From contig OX597818.1 in the NCBI GenBank assembly GCA_951406725.2, forward strand, positions 126,914,001-126,978,000: a DNA stretch of 64,000 nt, read 5' to 3'. Of the stretch, positions 29,189 to 42,040 are shown in pieces. The notes under the pieces are model-generated. The model was not told the DNA's origin, searched no databases, and saw only the letters and a list, made by a program, of their open reading frames with translations. Numbering within the stretch: the stretch's first letter is position 1; each line of letters begins with the position of its first letter. This DNA is from Octopus vulgaris. Its lineage: Eukaryota. Position numbers and translations under genes: made by a program.

Positions 29189-31082
29189 GAGAAGATAAAG
29201 TTTTTAGAATAGATCGAATGTTGTTTTAACATTAGAAAAAAATATGAGAAAGTATTTTTGAAAAACAGATTAAAATTTACAGGTTTGGATTTATGCAGGT
29301 CGACTTTGGAAATAAAATTTAAAGTTTGTGTCTATATCCTTGGTAAGTTCGTCTCAGTAATCCATGACTGGTTTTGATTTATGCAGATAAACTTTGGTAA
29401 GAAAATTTCGTGTTTGTATATATATATCCTTGTTAAATTCATCTTGGTAATCCATGACAATTTTGTGTAATCAGTACTTTATCATGCATTCTATATTTGA
29501 GATGTAGAAGGTCGAATTTGGAGGTCAAAAATATATGAAGGGTACTAAAGTAAAGATCTACATAGCACAAATGGAATTAAATAAAGCTACAGGTTATACT
29601 AAAATAAGAAATAAAGATAACCTCAGCAATAAGAAATGTCACTCCATTAATACAAAATGAAGAAACATCTATAAAATACAACAACAAAAAAAGAAAAAGT
29701 GATGATAGACAAAGAAATAAATATAATAATAACAATAAACACTTTGCAAAAATACACAAATCTTCAAATCAATATATACATATAACAAGAGCAGAAAGAG
29801 AGATATTGTCCGGTATACACCTCCATTGTCAGTAAATGTTAAGGGCTTAGTAAACATGTTGTTAAATATAGTTTTAAAAAGGCTTTCCTGGTAATCATAA
29901 ATATCATCACATATTTAATAGATCATCAGTTAAAATATCCTTCTCTAGAACACTATACATAGGATCTATTATTGCCAACTCTAATAGAAGAAAAATTAAT
30001 GAATATAAAAATATAAAAATAGCTTTAGTAATAATAGCAATAACAATTCTAATAATGAAATAAACAGTAACACTAAGATTCCAGATAATGCTCAAAATAC
30101 TAGAATACATAGCAATGATGTCGATAGAAGAACATTCTAACAACCATATATTTGAAAATATACAATATGCTTTAGGTAATACAATGCCACAAACTAATAG
30201 TAGTAATAATTCACAAATAGTAAATATATCTAACTCCAAGACTACAGCAAATTCAATGATAACATTAAGCACCATAACAAATAATCATAATAATATTAAA
30301 TATTATACCTCTGAACAGAAATATAAAAATAAAAAATTTGTCATGTACAAATAAAGAATTATGCCCTTTAGAAAGTAAATGTAGAAGATTTAACATAATA
30401 TACAAGTGCAGTTACATTAATGGATAGTTTAAGTAATATGGTATTCATAGAGTTCTGTTAACTTTAAGCTAAGATTTTTAGCACACATACATTCCTTTAA
30501 GCCTTACATAACTAGTAATAATAATTCATTTGCTACCTACATACATAAATTGTTACAAAATAAAGTTAACTATAGATTATATTGGTCAATAATAGATTCG
30601 GCTGCACCATTTACACATATTTGCTGTCTCTATACAAAGGAATCACTATATATTTTACTGTATAGTCAAAAGAACTTAATAAATTGTCAATCAGAATTGT
30701 TTTCAACATGAAGACATAAACTCTATAAAACTTTTAAATATTATAAAAAATGCAATAAAGATTTACATTAGTGTCTATTATTTATCATTTATAGTAACGA
30801 TATCAAAACAAGGAAATAATTATAAATAGATTGGTAGATAAAGTAATTAAAATAGTTTTGACCATAAACATATTTACACGACATATATTATACATTAAAC
30901 GATTGATAAATCAGTTTTCTTAGAATTTGAACCTGTACACATTTAACCTACAATAAATAGACTTTTGCAGTTGTAAAAAAAAAAAAATTTTTTAATTTAA
31001 ATTGGTATCTTCCTGTTATACAAATAAAAAATTAATACTAATACTTTTGACCACCAGAATCAACCTTCTACATCTGAAATAT

Positions 31083-31816
31083 CGTGGGTTTTTTAAGTCG
31101 TTGTAAGTTGTATTGGTTTGTTAAGTGCCGGTGTTCTTCAATAACATTTGAACGCTTTGTATTGCTTTGCAGCGGTTTTTGTGTTTGTGCAGTCTCTCCC
31201 CATTTGAGGAGGGATGGCTAAATCTTTAAAAAAAAGAACACGGTTTATACTTACCTAAGCGGGTCAGAGGTGTCATCAGAATTATCGTCATCTGAGTAGG
31301 AGCTCGTGCGAGCTATAGAAGTAATGGACAGGTGCCTGAAGAAAAAGAGTTACGCAGAGGTGACGAAGATCCCTAAGAAAGAGGTAAATCTTAAAAACTT
31401 AAGAAATTTTGAAAAAAATGTTAAACAGAGAAGGTGGTGACGTGAAATTGTCAGCACCGCAGGACATTATGAGAAATATAGAAGAAAAGAAGAGAGTCTA
31501 TAATGTTTGTTCAGTAAAAGAAAAGTGAACCTACAGATGTGATAGAAAAGGTGTTGAGGCCAATCTGGCAAGATATAAAATATCTTGCCAGAGGAAGCCG
31601 ATATGGCATTGTCGATGTATACTTTAAAATCAAGGAAAAGGCGAGGAGGAACTCGGCAAACCCATTGATGACGGAAGGGAAGAACTTTCAGGGTCGCTAT
31701 CATTATAAATTCAGTAAATTTTCTAAATGACCCCATCCGCATATTAAATGTCAAATAATTCGATTTAATTGTATTGTCTTTATCTATGTATATCCTTCAT
31801 GGAAAATGAAAAATAA
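31083..31816 (+). mobile_element. Short internally deleted Tx1/L1-like ORF1 element inserted in the pLTR
   Basis: 17-bp TSD ttctacatctgaaatat (31066-31082) / ttctacatctcaaatat (31817-31833); IEKVLRPIWQDIKYLARGSRYGIVDVYF aligns with the ORF1 family; A-rich tail. Confidence 0.8.
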
Positions 31817-32149
31817 TTCTACATCTCAAATATGGAATGCAGGATAAGGTACTGTTTACACAAATTTATCATGGATCACCATAATGAATTTAACAAGGAT
31901 ATATATATATATATATATATACAAAATCGAAATTTTCTTACCAAAGTCTATCTGCATTAATCAAAACCAGTCATGGATTACTGAGACGAACTTACCAAGG
32001 ATATATATACAAACTTTAAGTCTTATTACCAAAGTCGACCTGCATAAATCCAAACCAGTAAATTTTAATCTGTTTTTCAAAAATACTTTCTCATATTTTT
32101 TTCTAATGTTAAAACAACATTCGCTCTATTCTAAAAACTTTATCTTCTC

Positions 32150-32241
32150 CATCTCTGACGAGCGGAAGTATTATCTATCAATGTGTATCAACAACGGATT
32201 CCATTATAATGACAATACTTTCGTAAAACAACCGTAAGATG
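32150..32241 (+). ncRNA. Type I hammerhead-ribozyme-like motif in the right pLTR arm
   Basis: catct-CTGACGA-gcggaagtatt...aatactttcgt-AAAA-caaccg-TA-agatg: 5-bp stem I, 11-bp stem II base, minimal stem III. Confidence 0.65.
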
Positions 32242-33329
32242 CATTAATTAACACATTTTAAAGCTGTCCTATTTCATATATTTACATATATTTTTAATAC
32301 AAAACTATTTTAGACATAGATATCTTTGTGAGTAATTTTTTTGATATTGCATTTCATGCTATTATTTCAAATATTGTAGTAATGTCTAAATACTTTATAA
32401 TAATATTAATATTTTTGACATTTTATACAAAGAGCACTCATTATAAATTCAGTGTATAATATTCTAACAGAATATATTTAATTAATAAATCATACATACA
32501 TACATATACACACTCAAGCACATATACTGTAAATTCACTGCAGTAAAGGAAACTATGCAATGACCACTATTCATACCTTACCAGAGATATAATAAGAAGA
32601 ATATATGTATGTATGTTTGCAAATAGATATATATATATACGTATATATATATATATATATATCTATGTGTGTGTGTGTGAATATATATGTGTGTGTGTGT
32701 GAATATGTATGTGTGTGTATGTATATATATGTGTCAGTAGCTTTAAAAGATGTAAATGGAAGAAGTACGTCGTTCGCTACCCGCCTACAGATATATTTAT
32801 GTATAGATGTATGTATGTACATATATATGTGTGTGTGGGTGTGTTTGTGTGTATAAATGTTTATGAATATATGTATTTGTGTATAAGTATATTAGTGTGT
32901 GTGTATCTTTCTGTTTGACGAACGGTGTGGGTATTTTTCGTCCCCGTAACCTAATGGCTCAATACTGAGAATGAAAATGAGACAGTAGGTACCAGGGTTT
33001 TAAATAAAATAAGCATTGGAGGAGGTTTTTTTTTTCGACTAAATCCTCAAATGACTTAAACAAGTAAGCGGTAAGTCATATAAATATGTATAAAATTTCC
33101 CAAAACAAAATGCAACCTAGTTTAATTAAAATAAAAATGCTTAAAACAGAGCGCAGGTTAGAATTAACCATTAACTAATAATTCATTGTTTAGATGTGTG
33201 ACATATTTAGTCCAGATGAAAGGCGTCTGAGAAGCTAAATATCGTTTGCGTAGAAATATTAAGCCACTGGTGTATCTGTTCTTTACGGTTGCTCGCGCGT
33301 GTAGCGAGAACTGGATCGAAATGCTGAAT

Positions 33330-34330
33330 AAACATTTCACTTGAACATTCATCAAATCTTTCAAGTACTTCACCACCACTCAACCGTCGTACATTATTGT
33401 ACATTAGTAAACATTTGTACAGTGTAAGCTAATTCAACTTCATTTAAAAGTAAATTAAATTCTCTTTTACGAAAAGCATTGGCAGCCATCAAATTGACTA
33501 GAATACTTCCTGATGTACAATGGAATGAAAAGAAAGATATGATTCACTACAGCTGCAAATTGCGTTACAATACTTACATTTAGACCTACCATAACATGGA
33601 CGCCATCAGTCTTAACCGAAGCTATTTTTGACAAATCTATTTAGCTTTCAGAAAACATTTTAGCAACAGTGTCGCTTAAATCTTTTCTTAGCGTGTTTTG
33701 AGGCGAATTTACTGATTTAACTCCTCATGAATAGAATCACGGTGAAAATACTCCAATATAATAGCTAATCGAGCTGATGAATAAATATCATTGATTAAGA
33801 CCGAGAAACAAACTGCAGGTAATTAAATGTTGTTGAACTTAATTTTCTGACTGCGTTCATTTTCATAACTGTCTTTTAACGAAATTTCTGCTTATTCATT
33901 CATACACATTCTAAAAGCGTCCTTATTGTAGAGATCATCAGAATAAAAATAACGTAAGCTTTGTTGATAAACTCACCATCACTTTGTTATTTTCCATGGT
34001 CAACAATAGTATGTAAAGCACGAGAACTTGCAGCAACAAAACGGAAAGACCCTACTAAATATGTCATTAATTTATATTAACTAGGAAGTATTTCCGTATT
34101 ATCTATTTGGGATATATATTTTTTGCGATCTTCGACTATTTTTCGGGTGTCGACTGGTAATTCGCATCAAAATGTCGTTTACAACTCTAAGTTCTCAAGT
34201 AGGCCCTCCACACAATTTACAACGCTTTATTACTCGTATCAATAACGCCATTTTCAGCTCATCAGTTTTACAATTTTCATCCTCAACTTTTCCGTGAAAT
34301 ATAAAATTTTAGCAGTTGATGTCATTTTGG
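33330..34330 (-). pseudogene. Decayed hAT (Charlie/Buster, GTF2IRD2-like) transposase
   Basis: Motifs in the expected order: KRHF; HGK*QSDGEFINKA; SIHEEL; KIASVKTDGVHVMVG; FHSIVHQE; YNNVRRLSGGEVLERF (cf. TDGAPAM.G, HCIIHQE, VRWLS.G.VL.RF). Confidence 0.75.
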
Positions 34331-35309
34331 TTGGTTTCAAATAACTGACTGAAACGAAAGAAGGAAAGAATTGAAAAGGAAACTTAATATCATTACATTG
34401 TCCTTTCAATTTAGCCTGCACGAGCGGTCAAATATAACTTGCTAATACGATGAAATAATTTAGAATTATCTGACGATCACAAATTTCTTACAGCTGGTCT
34501 ACGTATCCGCTAGTACCCTAACACCTGCATTCGAAATACGGTTATAGAAAAGTAGGTGTGAAAATATTCTTGAGATGACGAGTTATCGATGATAATCAAT
34601 CGAGCAACCTATTTCATACGACTTTAAGGCTAGAGACTATGAACAACTTCGATAAAGCTTTGGACTGACAGTTCTGGAGGAGTATTGACAGCTTGCAGTC
34701 AATACTCGGGTAAAATAACGCCATGAATCAGGTCAGTTCGGCATGCGCAGAGACGTAAAACCGTTCTCCGCACACTTGTTTAATAATTGAGTACTGTCGA
34801 TTTATAAGAAACGTACGTCGAACCTTAGTTTTATTGAAGAGGACGAACCTGTTTTTCAGCCGAATCCATCGTGATGTTCGCTACATCACCTTACATTGGT
34901 TGGGTAAGGCAGGTAGCTTTTGTCTCTCTAGCGCTTATGCTCAAAGACATTGTATGGTGTAAAATACTAAAAAGAATGAAACCAGAGACTTTCTTTTTCG
35001 GTCAAACCCATATCAATTTCTTCGAGTTCGACTTAGAGTGAGATTCTGCCCTCCAGTAACCTTGCTGTAAGCTGGGTGTGATTCATGGGAATAGGCTAAT
35101 ATTCATACTGCAATCAACGGTAGAGAACAATACGATTTACTGTTTACCCTAATTTGAATTCTTTCATTTTTTTAATATCTTTGTGTTCTATATGTTTTCG
35201 TTTTTTCAAATTCATTCCACATAAACTACTGCTAAGAAATCATCATCACCATCATCATCACCATCGTTACTGTCATCACCATAATCATGATCATCAGCAA
35301 GAGTATTAA

Positions 35310-36020
35310 ATTATTATTATTATACGTTTGACTTTTGCATTTTATTGGTACAAGTTGACTCCAAGTCTCACCCAGAGACCTCAAGAGACAAGTTAGAAGT
35401 TCATGTTGGTGTTATGTCTAAGGTGTCATATATTTGGTTTTGCACCTAGTACTGTTCTAGAGAATGTTTAAGAAAACATAAGAAAATGATGTGCTTGTTT
35501 TAAAATTTGAGATTATATAGTATTTTACGTAGGATATGGGCAATTACCATGAGAACTATCTTTTGAATTTCTACCATTTGGGGGTTTCTTTGAATCTGAG
35601 CTAAGTAGCAATCAGCCACTTTTGCTATCATTCCTAGGACACCTATGACAACAGGTATTGTTTTGCCAATTTCTATTTCAAGATCTTTATACGTGTTCAG
35701 TTTTTGGTAGGTCTTGACAGACACCTTTATGTCGATTGGGACAGTCATATCAATTAGGGGGCATGATTTTTGTCTGAAGTCTTTCAATATTATGCCCGGC
35801 CTGTTCGCATCTATCTTTCTGTCAGTTTGAATGGTGAAGTTCCAGAGGAATGAGATGTGATCATTTTCAAGCACTGGAGGTGGTTCGTGTTCCTACCAGT
35901 TTTTATCATGGGGCAGGTCCATGTTTTTGCAAATTACCCAGTGAATATATCGTGCTGCACTATCATGCTTGTTGAGATAATCTGTAGATGCAAGAAGACT
36001 GCACATAGAGTCATCGTCTG
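35310..36020 (-). mobile_element. R4/Dong-like RLE LINE 3' fragment with (TAA)n tail
   Basis: LWNFTIQTDRKIDANRPGIILKD..LIDMTVP..YKDLEIEI..TIPVVIGVLG restriction-like endonuclease; TAA tail. Confidence 0.85.
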
Positions 36021-37250
36021 TACCTATCTAGGAGTAATGGGAGAAAAGAAATGATGCAAGTAGAACTGTGCTATAAGACCTCCACAATAACAATGAATAG
36101 GTACTTATCTAGTTCAGAGGACTGGATGGTGCGACTGGTGTGCAAAAACGAAAGCAGCAAAATACCCCATTCTATTGTAAAGGAAGCTTGCAACTTCGCA
36201 AGGGAACTTGGCATTAACCCTGAAATAGTTGAAGTACCTGAAATCACTGTCATAAGAGAAGCAAAACCGATCAAGCAGAATGCAAAAATGAACGGGCAGA
36301 AACAAATTGAGAAATAGAGCTAGAAAACTTTGCATGGTCAGTATATACTTCGAAGTCGAAATGCTGATGTATATCAAGCAACAACCCATAAGTAGCTAAG
36401 ACGTTCAAGACTTAAAGTAGAGACTGAAGGTTTCATATTGACGGCACAATATCAAAGCTTTCTCACAAAAAACTACAAGACGTTCTTCAAAATGGTTCTG
36501 ACGCTAAATGCAGATTCTGCGATACATTTGACGAAACAATTGACCATTTCGTCTCGGGATGTTCAGTGCTGACACCAAACGAATACGAAAATTGACACGA
36601 TAGGGGAAGACAGAATTTACATTGGAAAATATGAAAACTCTACAAAATCAATATTCCTGCTTACTGGTATGAACATTATCCTAAGCCAGTCGCTGAAGGT
36701 AAAAATGTCACTATACTCTGGGATTTCCTAGTCAACACTGACAGAACGAATCAGGCTAATCGACCAGACATAATTATCGATGACGTGGCAGAAAATGATT
36801 TTAGATTAATAGATGTAAGTGTTCCCACTGAGAAAAATATATATGTAATAGAATTTGACAAAGTAAATATAAGGATCTGGAAATTGAACTACAAAAGATG
36901 TGGCATCTTAAAACGAGAACTATTCCTCTTATTGTAGGTGCCCTAGGTATGATAAGAAAGGGATGTCAGAAACATCTAGATAAGATCCCAGGAGAACCAC
37001 GTCTCAGAGAAATCCAAAAGATTGTGCTGACAAGTACTGCCCATAACGTTAGAAAAACCCTATCCATTTAAATGTTTGTGTTGTATTACATGAAGGTATT
37101 TCGCTACTTTCCCTGCCACTATCCCTCCCCAAGCTTTCAGTCACACAGTAACATCTCTTATCCTTCACTCACCCCAGGACGCTGCGTGTGTCTCGATAAG
37201 TGACTGTAACAAACATGCAGATTAAAAGTAAAATAATAACAATAATAATA
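36020..37250 (+). mobile_element. Second R4/Dong-like RLE LINE 3' fragment (different family)
   Basis: LHGQY; LKVETEGFI..AQ.QS; CRFCDTFDETIDHFVSGCSVL; LWDFLVNTDR..ANRPDII; YKDLEIELQKMW..IPLIVGALG; TAA-rich tail; stops and frameshifts. Confidence 0.85.
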
Positions 37251-37344
37251 GCTAGCTGAATAATTCACGGAAAATATAAAAAATGTAAGCATTTCTAAAT
37301 TGTGTTCTGGTGCCATGAGAAATGTTTCTATAGTGTGACAGTTA

Positions 37345-37540
37345 AAGGCGGCTAGCTCGCAGAATCGTTAGCACATCGGGCGGCTGCCTTTACGTCCTGA
37401 GCTTAAATTCTGCCGAGGTCGACTTTGTCTTCCATCCTTTCGGGGTCTATAAATTAAGTACCAGTTGCGTAACGTTGTCGGTTTAATTGACAGGCCCTCT
37501 CTCCACAAAAATTTCAGGACTTCTGCTTATAGTAGAAAAG
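37345..37540 (+). mobile_element. SINE family A copy (internal deletion)
   Basis: aaggcggctagctcgcagaatcgttagcac...gaggtcgactttg...atagtagaaaag. Confidence 0.85.
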
Positions 37541-37709
37541 TATTTTGCAACAGTTACAGAATATAGAAAGAAGGGTAAAACCGATTACTATATAATCCAA
37601 CCAAAATATCTCAATTACGCCAAAATAAACAATTATTATTTAGCCTTGAAATACATCGTACATATTCAAAGAACCTTCTTTGCTTAGTGGTACGGAACGC
37701 TTTTCTCGT

Positions 37710-37920
37710 ATTCTTTTATTCTGTTACTTGTTTCAGTCATTTGACGGTGGCCATGCTACAGCACTGCCCTTTAGTCGAAGAAATTAACCCCTGGACTTAT
37801 TCCCAGTAAGCCTGGTGCTTGTTTTATCAGTCTCTTCTGCTGAACAGCTAAGTTACAGGAATGCAAACACACCAATATCGGTTTTCAAGCAATGGTGGTG
37901 GGGGTACAAACACAGACACA
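37710..37920 (-). mobile_element. SINE family B 3' half
   Basis: ttacttgtttcagtcatttgac..gccatgct...ctaagttac..aaacacacca. Confidence 0.85.
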
Positions 37921-38149
37921 GAGAGGAAATAAAAATATATAAGAGAAATATTAACTTATACTTCTGACTACAAGAAAACTAAAACTGGAACTTCTGAGCG
38001 CTCTACCTTGAAAAACAGCAGCAAAAAGTGAAAATCCTGTTCACTTTAGTACTACAGGTTGATACTGTTAGGAGACTAGGTGTTTGTTTATCTATTTGTA
38101 ATACTTAATCAGAAAATATTTCTTTTGCTATCTCCAGAATTTAGGCTGA

Positions 38150-39360
38150 TGGTGCTCTAAAAAAGCATTCAATCGAGAATAGCTAGTTTTTGTTCTGGTA
38201 TACGGTCCAGGATGTTACGGGATATGACAGCAACACCATTCCAGATGTGGGAGTTGCAATCCATTGCTGCTAAGGTGCTCTGGAAACGGGGATTTGTTCT
38301 TTTCTTTTTTGATATTGCTGTTGTCCTCCATTCACTTTGCTTTTCTTATTTTCACTTGTCTTTCAGTTACTTTCAAATTTCAACTCTGTGCGTTTCGCAT
38401 CGACATATATAATAACTTGGATTTCTGTCTTCTACCATCAAATTCACGCTTTTTCTTTCGGTGCCTTTCACTAGGCACAGTTCTGGCTTTGCTCTCTGAC
38501 TTTCCAGGATCCTTAAAACTTGTCAGTTCATTTTGAATTCCCCTGCTTTGACTGCTACCCTGTATTGCTGCAGAAACTTCACTACAAACCATAAGTCCAC
38601 GCCATGCCCTGTTGTTCCATGTACTAGGGCACAAATGCATAATCAGAAATATGTCCAACGATTGCAGCTTGTGTTTCGGCAGCGTTTTCAGTTTTAGTAG
38701 TACAGCAGATAGTACCATAGCTTTCTTCGCTCTCAGTCGAGATAATTTCTAACAATATGTCTTGGAGGGCTTTTTGTACTACTTGACGTAAAGAGAAATT
38801 TATTCCTCTTCCATCTTCTTGGAAATAGTAAAATATGAGTTTTATCTTTGCTATCTTCGGGATTATCTCCTCTGGCAAACAATTCCTATTTGATTTCATG
38901 ACATTCTCCCACCTACATTTGTTGCACTTAAATTACCTTGTCAGTTCATGTAAGAGTGAATGATGGTTTATCTTCACAAAGTTGCTATACGAATGAATCG
39001 TAGCGTTTGGAAGACTTCATAATGTTGCTTTTATTGTTTTTACTGTTGTTAATTTTGTCTTCCGAATTATTTGAGTATCTGAGAGACTTTCTTCTATTAA
39101 ATCTTCAGTAAAATTTTCATTTTCTTCTTTCCCCTGTATATTTAGCAGTTTGTTTTGATTTTGGATGATATTTTTAGCCATTGTATTGCCTTGTGGTGTT
39201 GCATAGTTATATATGGTAGTTAATTTAATAGAAAAAACTGATATGTTTATAAATAAAATGTCAAAAGTTTGTAAAACAAACAACTTTTTTTCTGGTGTCT
39301 CCCCACTCCCCACATTCTGTATCAAGTACAGTTCTTGCTCAATTATATTTCTTTTCTTAA
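38150..39360 (-). pseudogene. Very decayed member of the Tx1/L1-like ORF1 family (tentative)
   Basis: VVQKALQDIL..YGTICCTTKTENAAE..YAFVP*YM follows the family pattern IE..L...YG..V.F..EE.A...LLP.YM. Confidence 0.45.
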
Positions 39361-39369
39361 GTCCGCAAT

Positions 39370-39795
39370 TAATAATAATAATAATAATAATGATAATAAC
39401 AACAAAATAATAATAATAATAAAATAATAATAATAATAATAATAATAATGATAATAACAACAAAATAATAATAATAATAATAAAATAATAATAATAATAA
39501 TAATGATAATAACAACAAAATAATAATAATAATAAAATAATAATAATAATGATAACAACAAAATAATAATAATAATAAAATAATAATAATAATAATAATA
39601 ATAATGATAATAACAACAAAATAATAATAATAAAATAATAATAATAATAATAATAATGATAATAACAACAAAATAATAATAATAATAAAATAATAATAAT
39701 AATAATAATAATAATGATAATAACAACAAAATAATAATAATAAAATAATAATAATAATGATAATAATAATAACAAAATAATAATAATAATAACAA

Positions 39796-39825
<30 letters not shown>
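39370..39825. repeat. (TAA)n array with higher-order ~55-65 bp periodicity
   Basis: Marker gataataacaacaaaa recurs about 7 times. Confidence 0.9.
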
Positions 39826-39828
<3 letters not shown>

Positions 39829-42040
39829 GGTAATTGCGCAACCTGATAATCGCTACCTCATATGAGTGACAATGAATAAACAAAATATTGTGAATAACGG
39901 TGGTAATGAAACAGAAGCCATTGATGGTGACAGTGTTGCACCCGGCAGGCACATAGATTCTGGTCCGGCTCCAGCTTGTCGATATCCAGAAAGGGACCGC
40001 CACAGATGGCATAAATGGAGCAAGCAAATTAATGCTGTGGTCACGGAGTGTTACTACCTGAGCAACACGGTTGTTGAAAATGGTGCACAAATTAGGGGTT
40101 ACCGACAACGTATGTATGATCATTCGAGAGAAAAGGGATTGTTTCAACTCACGGAGCAGAGACTATGTGATCAAGCTAGAGCAATAAGAAAAATATCGTT
40201 GGTTCACAGGAGTAGAGGTCGAAGCTATCAAAAGACGGGACTTGTAAAATAACAGCAACGATAACGATGAAAATACAGTTCTTACTAATAAAAGTAATCT
40301 CATAGCACAGGAAAGGAGCAGTGGTAGTTTAATTGATGAGAGACATATAGATGATCTAAAAGAAGACAATAAAACTAATAGCGACATGATAGATGAACAA
40401 AAGGCAATCTACGACAGAATAAAGGCAAGACTACAGGAGAACGATACCGACATTATTAGCAGCCTTAAAAAGGTTGACCGGTGGAAGCTGAAACAAGAAA
40501 CGAAAAATGTCAATGAAATTCTGAAATACACCAGAACAAACAGCATCACAGAAACAAATAAGTTGATCAAGGTAGCAAGTATTGTTTTAACAGAAAATGT
40601 GGGTGCTGATGTCAAGAAAAAGAAATACAATGGGAGTGACAAAAGAAAGGACCCATGGTGGAAAATAAGAATACAGGCAGGGTTAGATATGCTCTCGAAG
40701 GAAATTTCTGTGTTAGACCGAAAAGAGAAAGGGGAGCATAAAAGCGAACAAAAATACAAGGCACTGAAAAGGAAGTATAATATTGAAAGTAAGGGACTGA
40801 AAATAGTAATGGAGGAAACGAAGCGGCGCTTCGTTGCAAAGAAAACAAAGATAGTAAAATACGACCAAAATATGAAGGTTTACCATCAGAATAGGTTATT
40901 CAGAGCTTACACAGAAGGAGAAGGAAGTTGCTAACTACATATGGGACACTCCACCCCAAAAGTAATACAGACAGACAACATGTACCAAGAAAAAGAGAAG
41001 GAAGAGGACTTATTGGATGCGAACACAGCATTAGAGCAGAAGAAAACAACATAGAATGGTATGTAAAAGATGTCACAGAAACGCTATTATTAGAAGTAAG
41101 AAGGTCAGGCTTGTGTAGGATGAAAGATTGCAAAGATAAAGCACTGTACAAGCCATTGAAAATGAATGAAACTGAAAACAGGTGGGTCAAGAAAAGAATG
41201 CATGGACAATTTCATAGGAATGTTGAAGATAAGACAGACAGATAAAAGATGGCTGTGGATGACTAAAAGTGCTTTAAAACCGGAAACGGAGGCTCTAATC
41301 TGTGCTGCCCAAGAGCAAGCACTAAGAATAAACTACATCAAATACAGAGTAGACAACACATCAGAAAGTGATAAGCGCAGAATTTGTGAACAAAATGGTG
41401 AAACCGTATGGCATATTACCATCCAATGTACGCCACTAGACCAGAAGCAATATAAGAGACGCCACGACAATATAGCAAGGCTTGTCTAATGGACACTTTG
41501 CAACAAGTATGGACTTCACAGAGAAAAAAATTGGTACGACCACAAACCCGAAGGCATCATCGAAAGTAATAATGCAAAGGTCCTGTTGGATTTTATGATT
41601 CAGTGCGACCATGAGATAGAGAATACAAAGTCAGACATAGTCTTAATTGAGAAAGAAACCAAACTATTCTGGATCATAGATATAGCATGCCCAGCTGACA
41701 ACAAGGTATGCGATAAGGAAGAAAGAAAAGTCGATAGATATGATAGGTTAGCTTGGGAGGTAAAGAAATTGTGATCAATGAAAAAGGTGGTAGTGGTACC
41801 AATAATTGTCGGCGCCCTGGGAACAGTGAGTAAATATCTCGAGAAGTACATGGAACAAATATGGTCTGCAATAAGGGTAGAGCACTTGCAGAAAACATCA
41901 CTGCTTGGAACCTCTTGAATACTCCGGAAGGTGCTCGAAAAATAAGGGGTGTTACTTTAGTTCACTGGTAGTGAACAGCTGACACAGTAGTACATCTCCA
42001 GTGTCAGAAGCTGTACAAAGGCAATAATATTAATAATAAA
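39826..42040 (+). mobile_element. R4/Dong-like LINE retaining both ends but lacking the RT core
   Basis: N-terminus KWSKQINAVVTECYYLS..GYRQRM..TEQRLCDQARAIRK; DPWWK.RI; YHQNRLF joined at ~40905 to post-RT LHPKS..PRKREGRGL; LKPETEALICAAQEQAL; RRHDNIAR; DIACP..IIVGALG; TAA repeats on both sides. Confidence 0.9.

Larger units (their letters stand above)
28963..32490 (+). mobile_element. Penelope-like element with inverted terminal repeat (pLTR) arms flanking an RT-tail/GIY-YIG remnant
   Basis: 28963-29530 is the reverse complement of 31045-31082 plus 31817-32375; between them RKRDIVRYTPPLSVNVK..FPGNHKYHHIFNRSSVKISFS and CPLESKC..NIIYKC..FKLRFLAHIHSFK..YWSIIDSAAPF..SELFST*RH. Confidence 0.85.
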
